This document shows positions 21,152-32,482 of a DNA stretch of 64,000 nt, piece after piece. Under the pieces are notes generated by a model. It was not told the DNA's origin. It did not search any database and saw only the letters and a program-made list of their open reading frames with translations. Source of the DNA: an uncultured Marinoscillum sp. (GTDB lineage Bacteria; Bacteroidota; Bacteroidia; Cytophagales; Cyclobacteriaceae); contig CAYGOV010000017.1 in the NCBI GenBank assembly GCA_964351625.1, forward strand, positions 4,054 to 68,053. The letters are read 5' to 3'. Position numbers and translations under genes: made by a program. Each line of letters starts with the position of its first letter. Positions within the stretch are counted from its first letter, which is position 1.

Positions 21152-21259
21152 ACTCCCTACGCCAGCATTACCTGGATCAGGTTCTTGGGTATGATCTCAG
21201 CCCGATAGACTTTGTTTTTGCTGCGTCCAGCTCCAACAGAGTTTGTAAGGCACCCCTTT
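21152..21259 (-). ncRNA. TPP riboswitch with an extended P3 arm
   Basis: Reverse strand reads AGGGGTGCC...GGGCTGAGATCATACCCAAGAACCTGATCCAGGTAATGCTGGCGTAGGGAG, containing all TPP consensus blocks. A TGGGG-AGT-CCCCA hairpin (about 21122-21139) follows before the TBDR start. Confidence 0.93.
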
Positions 21260-21281
21260 AATGTTGCAATGATACTAAATT

Positions 21282-21800
21282 CTAATCTTTGAAAAATTCT
21301 CTGAGCAATTTTTGAGCACACGCAATGCGCAAATCTTCTATCCCAGATACAATTCCATAAGGTAATTGATGCTCTTTTAGATAGTTCTCATAAATTTCAA
21401 AAAAATGCTTCCTATGTTTTGGATGCTCACGCTGCGGATCTGGTCGCCAAATCAAATCAATATTGGCAAGCAGATAAAAATCATACTTACGACTGGCCAG
21501 TTCTTGTTCTATCCAAGGATCAGTAGCGCCATACTTGTGATCGCTCCAAATCTTCATCACGATCATGTTGGTATCACAAAAAAGATATTCCTCCGCCTGG
21601 TCAGCCTTATCATCTTCCCAGATCATTTGGCCCTGAGCTATCTGAAGCAGATCTTCCTGCTCATATGGCCTGCCAAGCCTGTCCAAATAAAACCTTGCAA
21701 ATTCTGGAACCCATTCCGTTTCATAAATCCTAGCTAGATGCTGACAGATTTCACTTTTCCCTGTAGACTCAGGACCTATTACAGCTATTCTTTTGATCAT
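21282..21800 (-). CDS. NadR-like AAA_28 nucleoside kinase domain protein
   Basis: Walker A GPESTGKS; WVPEFAR, LFCDTN and WRPDPQRE motifs. No adenylyltransferase domain. Confidence 0.85.
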   Translation of the reverse strand: MIKRIAVIGPESTGKSEICQHLARIYETEWVPEFARFYLDRLGRPYEQEDLLQIAQGQMIWEDDKADQAEEYLFCDTNMIVMKIWSDHKYGATDPWIEQELASRKYDFYLLANIDLIWRPDPQREHPKHRKHFFEIYENYLKEHQLPYGIVSGIEDLRIACAQKLLREFFKD

Positions 21801-21832
21801 AAAGCAGTGAAATTATTATCTTTAAATCCATA

Positions 21833-22159
21833 ATGAAAGAAAACGAACACAATAAGCTTCGGTTAAATCAACTTGATGAGCAAGTTGCGAACACATTACG
21901 CGCAGTAGATAAACTTACTGCCGATATGCAAGAGTTGAGAGCTTATACCTTGGAAAACAACAAAGTCGTGAATGCAATCTTGCGAAAACTTGATGATGAC
22001 ACGGAACAGCTAAAGAAAAACGACGAGCAATTCAAAAAAAATGATGAACGATTTAAAAAGGCAGAGGAACGAATAGATAAAATCCTTGAAGAAATGGCAA
22101 GTGATCGAAAACTAAGGGATGCGCAATTTGAATTTCTACTTAAAAAGACTGGCGCATAA
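21833..22159 (+). CDS. Hypothetical coiled-coil protein with heptad repeats
   Basis: 108 aa; LKKNDEQ-FKKNDER-FKKAEER repeats with degenerate 21-nt DNA repeats. Fills the gap between pnuC and the NadR-like gene exactly. Confidence 0.65.
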   Translation: MKENEHNKLRLNQLDEQVANTLRAVDKLTADMQELRAYTLENNKVVNAILRKLDDDTEQLKKNDEQFKKNDERFKKAEERIDKILEEMASDRKLRDAQFEFLLKKTGA

Positions 22160-22759
22160 TTATTTGGTTAAAGTCCGTTTCCAGCTGAAATATCCCCACG
22201 TCGCGAGTATAGTGAATATGAAAAATTGAAATGATGTAAATGGCAGTCCTTTGTAAGCATACAAAGGCATTGATACCAAATCTGTGATGATCCAAGCCAA
22301 CCAGTTTTCTATTTTTTTTCTGGCCATCAGCCACATCCCCAATAATGCAAAAGAAGTGGTAGAAGCATCCCAGGCCGGCACATCACTATCGGTAAAGTTG
22401 AACAATAGCCAGTAGATAAGTCCAAAAGACACCAAAAGAAACAATGCTGAGTATCCCCAATCTCGCTTCGAAAGTGTGGAAATAGGGATCTGACCGGTTG
22501 CATATTTCGTGCTGGTCCAATTATACCATCCATATACGCTCATCACAAAATAATAGCCATTGATCCCCATGTCTGCATAGAGCTTGTATTCGAAAGTGAG
22601 ATAGATATAAATGAGCACAGAAATGATCCCTGACGGGTAAACCAAAATGTTTTCCTGCTTCGAATACCATACGCTCAAGAGTCCGAAGAACACTGCGATG
22701 GCCTCTAGCGCAGTAGTTTGATAGAGTTGATCTACGAAAGTGGTAAAGAAGTCAGGCAT
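22160..22759 (-). CDS. pnuC: PnuC/PnuT family vitamin or nucleoside transporter
   Basis: Multi-TM; GYYFVMSVYGWYNW, DASTTS and LMARKKIENWLAW motifs. Confidence 0.9.
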   Translation of the reverse strand: MPDFFTTFVDQLYQTTALEAIAVFFGLLSVWYSKQENILVYPSGIISVLIYIYLTFEYKLYADMGINGYYFVMSVYGWYNWTSTKYATGQIPISTLSKRDWGYSALFLLVSFGLIYWLLFNFTDSDVPAWDASTTSFALLGMWLMARKKIENWLAWIITDLVSMPLYAYKGLPFTSFQFFIFTILATWGYFSWKRTLTK

Positions 22760-22801
22760 GCGTGTAAATTATAAATCACATTAAGTTTCGCAATCTCTTA
22801 A

Positions 22802-24313
<1,512 letters not shown>

Positions 24314-24345
24314 TTATCGTTTGTTAAAAAAATCTAAAGCCATCC

Positions 24346-26448
24346 TTGATTACATGGATGGCCTTTTTATTGGCCTCAAGGCTAGTATTTTTACATGTAC
24401 AGATGCTCTCAGGTAAACTAAAAATTAGATTAAGCTTTCTCGCAGGCATACTGTCATGGTTGCTCTTTGTCTTTTTTGACCTATACCTTCTTTTCATCGA
24501 GCAACATCAGCTCAATGTAGCTCTATCCAAAATAGTCCCGCAATTCCTTTTGATCACATTGGTACTATCGACGCTGGCCTTTTACAGATATACTATCACA
24601 AAGGCGGATAGTATCAATTTCATTGATCTTTTGTGGAAAGTATTTATCACTGGTCTTTTGACAACTATTGGGTCATTGCTTATAAGGTTTTTCTTTTACG
24701 TGTTTGCCAGAAGTACTATCAGTCAAAATCCATTCACAGTAAATTTCCTTTATGATGTCCTGATCGGGCTGGTGGTTATCTATCTCGTTTCAACCTTTGT
24801 GGTTTGGAAGCGATTGATCCTTTACCAAAAGTCAAAAAATCTAATTCAGTTTTGGAGCCTCTTTGAATACGCCTTGCTAGGCGCGCTTGTCTTTGACCTT
24901 TTTGGAAATGACTTCTTTAGTGTCAACTTCAATATCGCACTTATCTTCTTAGGCATTCTAGGCTTAATCCTATCATTCAATCTAAAATGGATTGCCTATT
25001 TGAATTTCAAACAAAAGTGGAAAAGTATCCTCTTCATACTGCTATCTGGTATCTATCTGTACCACTTTTTGCTCAACATGCTCAATTTTTCCGAAACGGG
25101 AATCTTGCATTTGGACTTACTCAATAGGGTCTATTTTGTTGCACTATTTATTTTCATATTGATCTATGCAGCAGTATCTATCCTAGTCACATTATTTAAC
25201 CTGCCCACTTCCTCTGTTTTTGAACGAAAAATGCAGGAGGCTGTAGATTTTCAGAAATTAAGCCAATCGATACCTGCAGGGCAAAGTGCAGAGCAGACTT
25301 ATGAAATTCTTTTGGAAAGTTCAATGAGTGCCGTATTTGCTGATGCTGCATGGCTGGAAATAGCAGACGAACCAAGAAAGATCATCACACGGGGTATAAC
25401 TCATAAAGAGTCAAGGGATATTCGCCTGAGTGCTAAACAAGATGGAATTAAGCGAATTTTGGCTTACGATTTGGGCTCAGACCCCATGACAAATAAAGTA
25501 ATTGGCAGCCTAGATCGCGGCGATTTCAAGTCAATCTTAGCTATGCCTTTGATGATACAAACTGAGCAAATCGGCGTTCTTGTACTTTTGCAAGAGGTGT
25601 CTGATGCGTACAATCGAGAAATGGTGGACATTATCCGCACATTCGTGAATCAAGCCTGTATCTCTCTGGAAAATTTTAGATTGATTGGCGAAGCAATAGA
25701 AAATGAGCGGTATAAGGAGCAACTCAAAATCGCTAAGACTGTGCAAAAAAGTTTGCTTCCAGCCACTCTAGAGCACAATAGTGCTTTTGAGATCGAGGCT
25801 TATAGCATGGCCGCTGATGAAGTTGGTGGAGACTATTATGATATACTCGAACCTGTACCAGGCCTTCACCATTTGATTATTGGTGATGTTTCAGGAAAAG
25901 GAACTTCTGCCGCTTTCAATATGGCTCAGATGCGAGGTATTTTTCATAGTTTGGCTCAGAAATCAAGCACAGCATCATGTTTCATGATTGAGGCAAATCA
26001 GGCCATTGGGAGGTGCTTGGAGAGTAAGTCATTCATTACGGCAATATTCATTGTCATAGAGACTGCTAAAAAGCAGTTTAGCTATTCAAGAGCAGGTCAT
26101 TGTCCAGCCATATTTTATGACAAATCAAAACGAGAAATCCGTGAGCTAGATAAGAATGGCATGGGTTTAGGCATCCTGAGAAACTCAAATTATAATGATT
26201 ACGTTGAAGAAGAAACTATAAAATATGGAAGTGGCGATCTGTTGCTTTTATACACCGATGGGATTTCAGAAGCTAAGAACCCTAGAAAGCAGCAATATGG
26301 CGCTGAAGGTCTCCAAAGATCTTTACGCCAACATCTTGACCGATCCGTTGAAGGAATGAAAGAAGGGCTTATCAATGACCTCACTGCATTCCTAGAAGGT
26401 AATAAGCTTGATGATGACTATACACTCACAATAGTCCGATTTAAATAA
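24346..26448 (+). CDS. Membrane-bound GAF-PP2C (SpoIIE/RsbU-type) phosphatase
   Basis: N-terminal multi-TM region, GAF-like middle, VGGDYYD, IGDVSGKG, YTDGISEA and DDYT PP2C motifs. Start may be the ATG at 24403. Confidence 0.9.
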   Translation: MITWMAFLLASRLVFLHVQMLSGKLKIRLSFLAGILSWLLFVFFDLYLLFIEQHQLNVALSKIVPQFLLITLVLSTLAFYRYTITKADSINFIDLLWKVFITGLLTTIGSLLIRFFFYVFARSTISQNPFTVNFLYDVLIGLVVIYLVSTFVVWKRLILYQKSKNLIQFWSLFEYALLGALVFDLFGNDFFSVNFNIALIFLGILGLILSFNLKWIAYLNFKQKWKSILFILLSGIYLYHFLLNMLNFSETGILHLDLLNRVYFVALFIFILIYAAVSILVTLFNLPTSSVFERKMQEAVDFQKLSQSIPAGQSAEQTYEILLESSMSAVFADAAWLEIADEPRKIITRGITHKESRDIRLSAKQDGIKRILAYDLGSDPMTNKVIGSLDRGDFKSILAMPLMIQTEQIGVLVLLQEVSDAYNREMVDIIRTFVNQACISLENFRLIGEAIENERYKEQLKIAKTVQKSLLPATLEHNSAFEIEAYSMAADEVGGDYYDILEPVPGLHHLIIGDVSGKGTSAAFNMAQMRGIFHSLAQKSSTASCFMIEANQAIGRCLESKSFITAIFIVIETAKKQFSYSRAGHCPAIFYDKSKREIRELDKNGMGLGILRNSNYNDYVEEETIKYGSGDLLLLYTDGISEAKNPRKQQYGAEGLQRSLRQHLDRSVEGMKEGLINDLTAFLEGNKLDDDYTLTIVRFK

Positions 26449-26453
26449 AGAAT

Positions 26454-26792
26454 ATGTTGAATATAAATATTGAAGAGCAGGAAAATTACCAAATCTTACA
26501 AGTGGTAGGAGAGATAGACGCAAGTACGTCTATCACATTGGATAATGCTTTGAAAACATCATCCGAAGCAACTAAAAACGTACTTCTGGATTTGTCTCAG
26601 CTTGAGTATATCTCTTCAGCAGGACTTGGAGTTTTTATATCTTATTTAGATGACTTCAAGTCAAAAAGCATAAAATTGGTACTTTTTGGGCTACATGAAA
26701 AAGTTCTCGAAGTTTTTCAAATATTGGGGCTTCAACATTTAATGCAAATTGTTCCTGACCAATCAAGCGCAGTGGAGTTGATCAATGCATAA
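26454..26792 (+). CDS. STAS-domain anti-anti-sigma factor (RsbV-like)
   Basis: GEIDAS and LEYISSAGLGV phospho-Ser motif. Confidence 0.9.
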   Translation: MLNINIEEQENYQILQVVGEIDASTSITLDNALKTSSEATKNVLLDLSQLEYISSAGLGVFISYLDDFKSKSIKLVLFGLHEKVLEVFQILGLQHLMQIVPDQSSAVELINA

Positions 26793-27198
26793 GTCGCTCA
26801 ACATATCGTGCAGTAAAACCAACCTTATTACGATAAGGGAATTTGTTGGAAACTTACTGCTAAGCTACAACCTTGGTGAATTGGAAGTACATAAGATCGT
26901 GCTTGCAGTTGATGAAGTATGTGCTAATCTTATCATTCATTCTAACAACTGTAACTCTTCTCAGTCTATTCAAATAGGCGTGGATCTCAATGCTCTTAAT
27001 GAGCTGGTATTTACCATCAGAGACCAAGGCGAGAGTTTCAATCCAAGCTCCTATGCAGAACCTTCTCTTGATGAGATAGTCAATGCTCGACGAAAAGGAG
27101 GAGTTGGACTTATGTTGGTCAAAAGAATAATGGATAAAATAGAGTTCTCAACGGAGAAGAATTACAATATTTGCAGGCTTACGAAAAAGCTTGATTAA
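26785..27198 (+). CDS. Anti-sigma factor Ser kinase (RsbW-like HATPase_c_2)
   Basis: LAVDEVCANLIIH, IRDQG and GGVGLMLVKRIMD motifs. Confidence 0.9.
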   Translation: MHKSLNISCSKTNLITIREFVGNLLLSYNLGELEVHKIVLAVDEVCANLIIHSNNCNSSQSIQIGVDLNALNELVFTIRDQGESFNPSSYAEPSLDEIVNARRKGGVGLMLVKRIMDKIEFSTEKNYNICRLTKKLD

Positions 27199-28050
27199 AT
27201 GAGAATTGCATCGATTTTATGCTTGTGTGTTCTATGCAGTTGTGAATTTTTCCGACCTAAAGAAACCATATCTGAACCCCCAGTGGCAAGAAGTATGGAT
27301 AGCTATCTCGAAAAATCAGACTTGATAGGTATTTCACCTAAAGGCATGAACCCTTCTGATAGTGCGAAATTGATTGAGAAGTATGTAGCCGATTGGACAA
27401 AAAAGCAACTGATGATCTCTAGAGCCTTGGAGACGGTGGATTTAAATGAAGCCGAAATCGAACGAAAAGTACTAGACTATCGCTATGCTTTAATAGTCCA
27501 TTCTTTTGAGAAAAAATACATTAATCAGCACTTGAATAATATTGTGAGCGATGAGGATATAGCTACATACTATTCTGAAAAAGCAGACAACTTCTTGCTC
27601 CGACAAACAATAGTAAAGTGCATTTTTGCGAAAGTCCCCAATACTGCTCCGAATGTAAGACAGTTTCGAAGAAATTTTAGAGAATACCCGAATAGCAATA
27701 CAGAAGACATTAAAAACTATATAAATCAATTCGCCAATAAATCCTTTCTTGATGACTCCACTTGGATCATCTTAGATGAACTCATTTTAGGAACTCCGTT
27801 GGAACAAGTTGATAACAAGAATCAATTCTTTAGCAAAAACAGCTATTCTGAGACGAATGACAAGGAATTTATCTATTTCGTTAAAATATTTGACTACAAA
27901 ATTTCAAATGAAATCTCTCCATTGGAGTTTATAAAAGATGACATTGTTAATATCATTATCAATAAGAGAAAAATCGCTCTGAAGAAGAAGCTAGAAGATG
28001 AAGTTTATGAAGATGCAAAGCAAAACAAGCTATTTGAAGTATATCGTTAA
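27199..28050 (+). CDS. Lipoprotein, PPIase/SurA N-domain-like
   Basis: Lipobox LCSC; helical chaperone-like sequence; the C-terminal PLEFIKDDIVNIIINKRK pattern resembles rotamase-associated proteins. Confidence 0.7.
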   Translation: MRIASILCLCVLCSCEFFRPKETISEPPVARSMDSYLEKSDLIGISPKGMNPSDSAKLIEKYVADWTKKQLMISRALETVDLNEAEIERKVLDYRYALIVHSFEKKYINQHLNNIVSDEDIATYYSEKADNFLLRQTIVKCIFAKVPNTAPNVRQFRRNFREYPNSNTEDIKNYINQFANKSFLDDSTWIILDELILGTPLEQVDNKNQFFSKNSYSETNDKEFIYFVKIFDYKISNEISPLEFIKDDIVNIIINKRKIALKKKLEDEVYEDAKQNKLFEVYR

Positions 28051-29359
28051 AGGTCTTTGCTTATTGATCCCCTTTTTAGGTGTTGGCCAAACTAATGGCG
28101 TGGTAATCGACAAGATTATTGCCAAAGTGGACAACTATATTGTAATGCAATCAGATCTTGAGAAGGCATACCTCGACTATCTTTCGCGGGGAGAGTTTAG
28201 GACCAGCACTGCCAAATGTGACATTTTGGAGCAATTGGTTGTAAATAAAATGCTTTTGGCCAAAGCTGAAATCGACTCAGTGATCGTAGATGACTTGGAG
28301 GTACAAAGCAACCTCAGCAGAAGAGTGGAATATATGGTTTCTCAAATCGGTTCTGAAGAGGAGATAGAAAAATACTACGGTAAAAGTCTAGATCAGATTA
28401 AAGCCGAGCTTTTTGATGATATCAAAGAGCAAATGGTTGTTCAACGGATGCAGGATGAGATCACCTCAGGAATCAAAGTTTCACCTGCGGAAGTGCGAAA
28501 ATTCTTTGGGCGCATACCGAGTGATAGTTTGCCATTTTTCTCAACGGAAGTAATCATTGGGCAAATTGTGAAAACTCCAGAGGCAGGGAAGAAACAGAAG
28601 GAGGCAGTACGAAAACAAATGTATGAAATCAGGGGACGACTAATTAAAGGTGAATCTTTTGCTACTCTTGCACGACAATATTCTGAAGATCCAGGATCAG
28701 CAGCTCGTGGCGGAGAGTTACCATTTTATAGACGTGGAGAGTTAGCTCCAGAATTTGAAGCTAGCGCAATGACCTTGGCTGAAAATGAACTTTCTATGCC
28801 CATCGAAACACAGTTTGGTTATCATCTAATAGAGCTACAGCAAAAACGTGGTAATACCTTTAAGACTCGTCATATCCTTATGACTCCAAAGCCGTCCGAG
28901 GAAGATATTTTGGCTTCTCAAAACTTTCTTGATAGTCTTAGAAATGTGATTTTAGCCGATAGCATAGATTTTGAAGAAGCAGCTAAAGAATATTCAGATG
29001 ATCAGATGACTTCTTCTAACGGTGGATTTTTTGTAAACGGAGAGGAATCTATGCGTGTATCTGTAGAGCAACTTGACCCTACCCTTTTCTTTACGTTGGA
29101 TACCATGACTATTGGTACAATAAGCGAGCCGATGGAATTTCAATTACCGAATGGGGAACGAGCTTTTCGTATATTATTCTATAAGAAAAGAATTGCTCCT
29201 CATGAGGCCAACTTGGATCAAGACTACCAAAAAATAGCAAAAGCTACGCTAAACAATAAAAGCAATATGATATTATCCGAGTGGTTCGAAGAAGCGCGAG
29301 ATGATGTCTATATCGAAATAGACCCTGAATATAAAAATTGCAAATTACTGGAAGATTAA
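27998..29359 (+). CDS. surA: SurA-like parvulin peptidylprolyl isomerase
   Basis: IDKIIAKVD SurA N-domain; two PPIase domains (FATLARQYSEDPGS...GGEL, GYHLI, RHIL). Confidence 0.85.
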   Translation: MKFMKMQSKTSYLKYIVKGLCLLIPFLGVGQTNGVVIDKIIAKVDNYIVMQSDLEKAYLDYLSRGEFRTSTAKCDILEQLVVNKMLLAKAEIDSVIVDDLEVQSNLSRRVEYMVSQIGSEEEIEKYYGKSLDQIKAELFDDIKEQMVVQRMQDEITSGIKVSPAEVRKFFGRIPSDSLPFFSTEVIIGQIVKTPEAGKKQKEAVRKQMYEIRGRLIKGESFATLARQYSEDPGSAARGGELPFYRRGELAPEFEASAMTLAENELSMPIETQFGYHLIELQQKRGNTFKTRHILMTPKPSEEDILASQNFLDSLRNVILADSIDFEEAAKEYSDDQMTSSNGGFFVNGEESMRVSVEQLDPTLFFTLDTMTIGTISEPMEFQLPNGERAFRILFYKKRIAPHEANLDQDYQKIAKATLNNKSNMILSEWFEEARDDVYIEIDPEYKNCKLLED

Positions 29360-29367
29360 TACCTAAT

Positions 29368-30333
29368 ATGTCTGAAATCGAAAATGATGTAACCCTAGCG
29401 AAAGAGTTACATGAAGCATATAAAAACTTAGAGGCTGAAATAAGCAAACAAGTAGTTGGCCAGAAGGAAGTCATACGCCTTTTGATTATTTCTATATTCT
29501 GTGGTGGCCATTCTTTATTGGTTGGCGTACCAGGGCTCGCTAAGACATTATTGGTCCAAAGTATGGCTAGTGCACTAGGTCTTGATTTTAATAGGATCCA
29601 ATTCACGCCTGATCTTATGCCTTCAGATGTATTAGGTGCAGATACATTGGATCAAAATAGAAACTTGCGTTTCATGAAAGGTCCCATTTTCAATAATGTC
29701 ATTCTTGCAGACGAAATCAATCGTACACCTCCCAAAACGCAATCTGCATTATTAGAAGCAATGCAAGAAGGTGCTATTACGATAGGGGGCAATAATTACG
29801 TGCTTGATAAACCTTTCTTTGTTTTAGCCACCCAAAACCCTATTGAGCAAGAAGGAACGTATCCATTGCCGGAAGCCCAACTTGATCGATTCATGTTTAT
29901 GATCAAGCTTGAGTACCCAAGCTTGCAAGAAGAGCTGGAGATTGTGAAACAAACAACAGGCATTCGTGAAAATGATCCAAAAAAAGTAGTTTCTAAAGAA
30001 GATATTTTGAAGTTTCAGCGGCTCGTCAAAAAAGTGCCAGTAGCGGATAATGTATTTGAATACATTGTCAACTTGGTACATAAGACCCGGCCTTTCAGTC
30101 CGAATGGGAGTGAACTCAGCAATAATTACCTTGAGTGGGGCGCTGGTCCTAGAGCTAGTCAGTTTTTGGTGCTTGCTGCTAAATGTAATGCGCTCCTAAA
30201 AGGAAAATACTCACCTGACATTGAAGACGTCATGGAAGTAGCCGAACCAGTTTTGGTGCACAGAATTGTAAGAAATTTCAAGGCCGAAGCAGCAGGAAGA
30301 ACTGAAGAGAGTTTAGTTAACGAGCTCCTCTAA
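29368..30333 (+). CDS. MoxR family AAA+ ATPase
   Basis: GVPGLAKT, RIQFTPDLMPSD, ADEINRTPPKTQSALLEAMQE and ATQNPIEQEGTYPLPEAQLDRF motifs. Confidence 0.95.
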   Translation: MSEIENDVTLAKELHEAYKNLEAEISKQVVGQKEVIRLLIISIFCGGHSLLVGVPGLAKTLLVQSMASALGLDFNRIQFTPDLMPSDVLGADTLDQNRNLRFMKGPIFNNVILADEINRTPPKTQSALLEAMQEGAITIGGNNYVLDKPFFVLATQNPIEQEGTYPLPEAQLDRFMFMIKLEYPSLQEELEIVKQTTGIRENDPKKVVSKEDILKFQRLVKKVPVADNVFEYIVNLVHKTRPFSPNGSELSNNYLEWGAGPRASQFLVLAAKCNALLKGKYSPDIEDVMEVAEPVLVHRIVRNFKAEAAGRTEESLVNELL

Positions 30334-31340
30334 AACTGTTGTAAAAATCTCAAATCATTTTCTGAGAATAGACGGATATCATCTATTTGATATTTCAGCA
30401 TGGTTATGCGCTCAATGCCCATCCCGAATGCAAATCCGCTGTATTCTTTTGAGTCGATTCCACAGCTTTCCAACACATTCGGATCTACCATTCCTGATCC
30501 TCCAATCTCTACCCAGCCTGAGTGCTTGCATATTTTGCAACCATCACCGTTGCAGATGAAACAACTGATATCTATTTCAGCACTTGGTTCAGTAAATGGG
30601 AAAAACGAAGGTCTGAATCGAATTTGAGTTCCTTTACCAAATAGCTCTTGGGCAAAATGATAGATGGTTTCCTTTAGATCTTTAAACGACACTTTCTTAT
30701 CTACATAAAGGCCCTCTACCTGATTGAAAAAACAGTGTGCCCTTGCAGAAATAGCTTCATTACGATAAACCCTTCCAGGCATAATAGATCGAAAAGGAGG
30801 CTTTCCTGATTCCATTAACCTTATCTGGACATTGGAAGTATGGGTGCGGAGAAGTGTGTCTGGATTCTTAGTTACGAAATAAGTATCCTGCATTTCACGA
30901 GCTGGGTGATTCTCCGGAAAATTTAGTGCAGTGAAATTATGAAAATCATCTTCAATCTCCGGACCATCTTTTACACTAAACCCTTGTCGCTCGAAAATCT
31001 GAATAATCCTATTCTTGATCGTGGTAAGTGGATGTATACTGCCAGTTTGAGAGACAGGAGGCAAAGTCAAATCCAATTGTGTCTCCGTATTTTGATTATG
31101 GCCGCTTTCAAGTTGAGAAATAAGACCTTGGAATTTCTCTTGAATGTGCTCCTTCAGCACATTCAATTCTCCACCTAAATCACGCTTTTGATCATTGGGT
31201 ATTGTTTTAAATTCGTCAAACAATTCACTAAGCACTCCCTTTCTACTTATATACTTAAGACGAAAAGCTTCCAATTCCTCTGCCGTGGATGCTTTTGCGT
31301 CTTTTACGGCCATCATCAAAGACTGAATTTTCTCTCTCAT
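30330..31340 (-). CDS. pheS: Phenylalanyl-tRNA synthetase alpha subunit
   Basis: HPAREMQDT, LRTHTS, FRPSFFPFTEPS and GFAFGMGIER motifs. Likely ATG at 31340, with a TACATTTG promoter at 31358-31365. Confidence 0.97.
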   Translation of the reverse strand: MREKIQSLMMAVKDAKASTAEELEAFRLKYISRKGVLSELFDEFKTIPNDQKRDLGGELNVLKEHIQEKFQGLISQLESGHNQNTETQLDLTLPPVSQTGSIHPLTTIKNRIIQIFERQGFSVKDGPEIEDDFHNFTALNFPENHPAREMQDTYFVTKNPDTLLRTHTSNVQIRLMESGKPPFRSIMPGRVYRNEAISARAHCFFNQVEGLYVDKKVSFKDLKETIYHFAQELFGKGTQIRFRPSFFPFTEPSAEIDISCFICNGDGCKICKHSGWVEIGGSGMVDPNVLESCGIDSKEYSGFAFGMGIERITMLKYQIDDIRLFSENDLRFLQQF

Positions 31341-31381
31341 ATTTCCCAAAACTTGGGCAAATGTAGTAAAGGAAAGCCTTT

Positions 31382-32482
31382 CTAAGCTGACTTGGAGATG
31401 TAAAGATCGGAGTTATTACCAGAATTAGACTTAGGCTTTTCCTTTCTTAATCTGATCAAACGAAGTTGTAGACCTAGAACTAATAAACCACAGAAAAGAC
31501 CTATAGCCAATAGAAGGACCCCATTCCCTAAATGGCTATTTAAAGATAGTGTTCCGAATAACACCGTAAGGTTAAACAAAAGCAGAGTGATTGTTACTTG
31601 TCGATCTGAGAACCCTAATCTTAATAGTTCGTGATGAAGATGCCGACGATCCGGATCCAATGGGTTCTGTCCGTGCCAAAATCGAATAATGAATACTCTT
31701 GTTGTATCCACAATAGGCAAGATTAACGCGGCGGCTGCCAGTGCTACTGTAGCCTTAATTTCGAAAATTCCGAAGTAAGAGGATGGTGAGATATTAATAA
31801 ATTGAATTGCGCAGGTAGAAACGACAAATCCGATTAGCATAGACCCTGTATCTCCCATGAAAATTTTCGCGGGATGCCAATTAAAAAACAAAAAAGCGAA
31901 CGTAGCACCCGCTAAAGAAGCAGATAGCGCAGCAAAAGCCCCATCACCATTCAAATAGAAAACGATTCCAAAAAAGGTCAAAATAAGTAGACCCACAGAG
32001 CCCGCAAGACCATCAATACCATCGATGAGGTTAAAACTATTAGTAAGAGCAACCAAAACGAAAACACTAAATAGGAAAGTGAACCAAGCCGGCATTTCGC
32101 TAACCCCCATTATCCCATAAAAGCCATCGAGTTGAATATCGGAAAATTGGACAACCAAAAATGCAGCAAATACTTGGGCAAATAATTTATGTTTAGCGAT
32201 CAAAACAGATATATCATCACGAATACCCATGAAAAAAATAACTAAAATACCAAAGAGGAGATATTTCAATTGAATCAATTCAACGAAGGAAATCGAGAAA
32301 AGAAGTGCAATTATAAATCCAAATAGAATCGCCACGCCTCCTAAAACAGGTGTAGAAACGGAGTGTGCCTTTCTTATGTCTGGATTGTCTAATAAATTTA
32401 TAGACTTACTCACCTTAATGACCAAAGGCAAAAGCATAAGAGTAATAAAGAAGGAAGAAACTGTAGCTATTATTATACTCAT
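31382..32482 (-). CDS. WecA/MraY-family undecaprenyl-phosphate HexNAc-1-P transferase
   Basis: DDI, NSFNLIDGIDGL, FMGDTGS and HLHH motifs; multi-TM. Confidence 0.9.
   Translation of the reverse strand: MSIIIATVSSFFITLMLLPLVIKVSKSINLLDNPDIRKAHSVSTPVLGGVAILFGFIIALLFSISFVELIQLKYLLFGILVIFFMGIRDDISVLIAKHKLFAQVFAAFLVVQFSDIQLDGFYGIMGVSEMPAWFTFLFSVFVLVALTNSFNLIDGIDGLAGSVGLLILTFFGIVFYLNGDGAFAALSASLAGATFAFLFFNWHPAKIFMGDTGSMLIGFVVSTCAIQFINISPSSYFGIFEIKATVALAAAALILPIVDTTRVFIIRFWHGQNPLDPDRRHLHHELLRLGFSDRQVTITLLLFNLTVLFGTLSLNSHLGNGVLLLAIGLFCGLLVLGLQLRLIRLRKEKPKSNSGNNSDLYISKSA

Noticed and set aside
29368-30333. MoxR as a defence-system ATPase
   Set aside because: Standard MoxR-proper motifs in a housekeeping context, with no nuclease or vWA partner.
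30330-31340. pheS without adjacent pheT
   Set aside because: Split pheS/pheT is ordinary in Bacteroidota.
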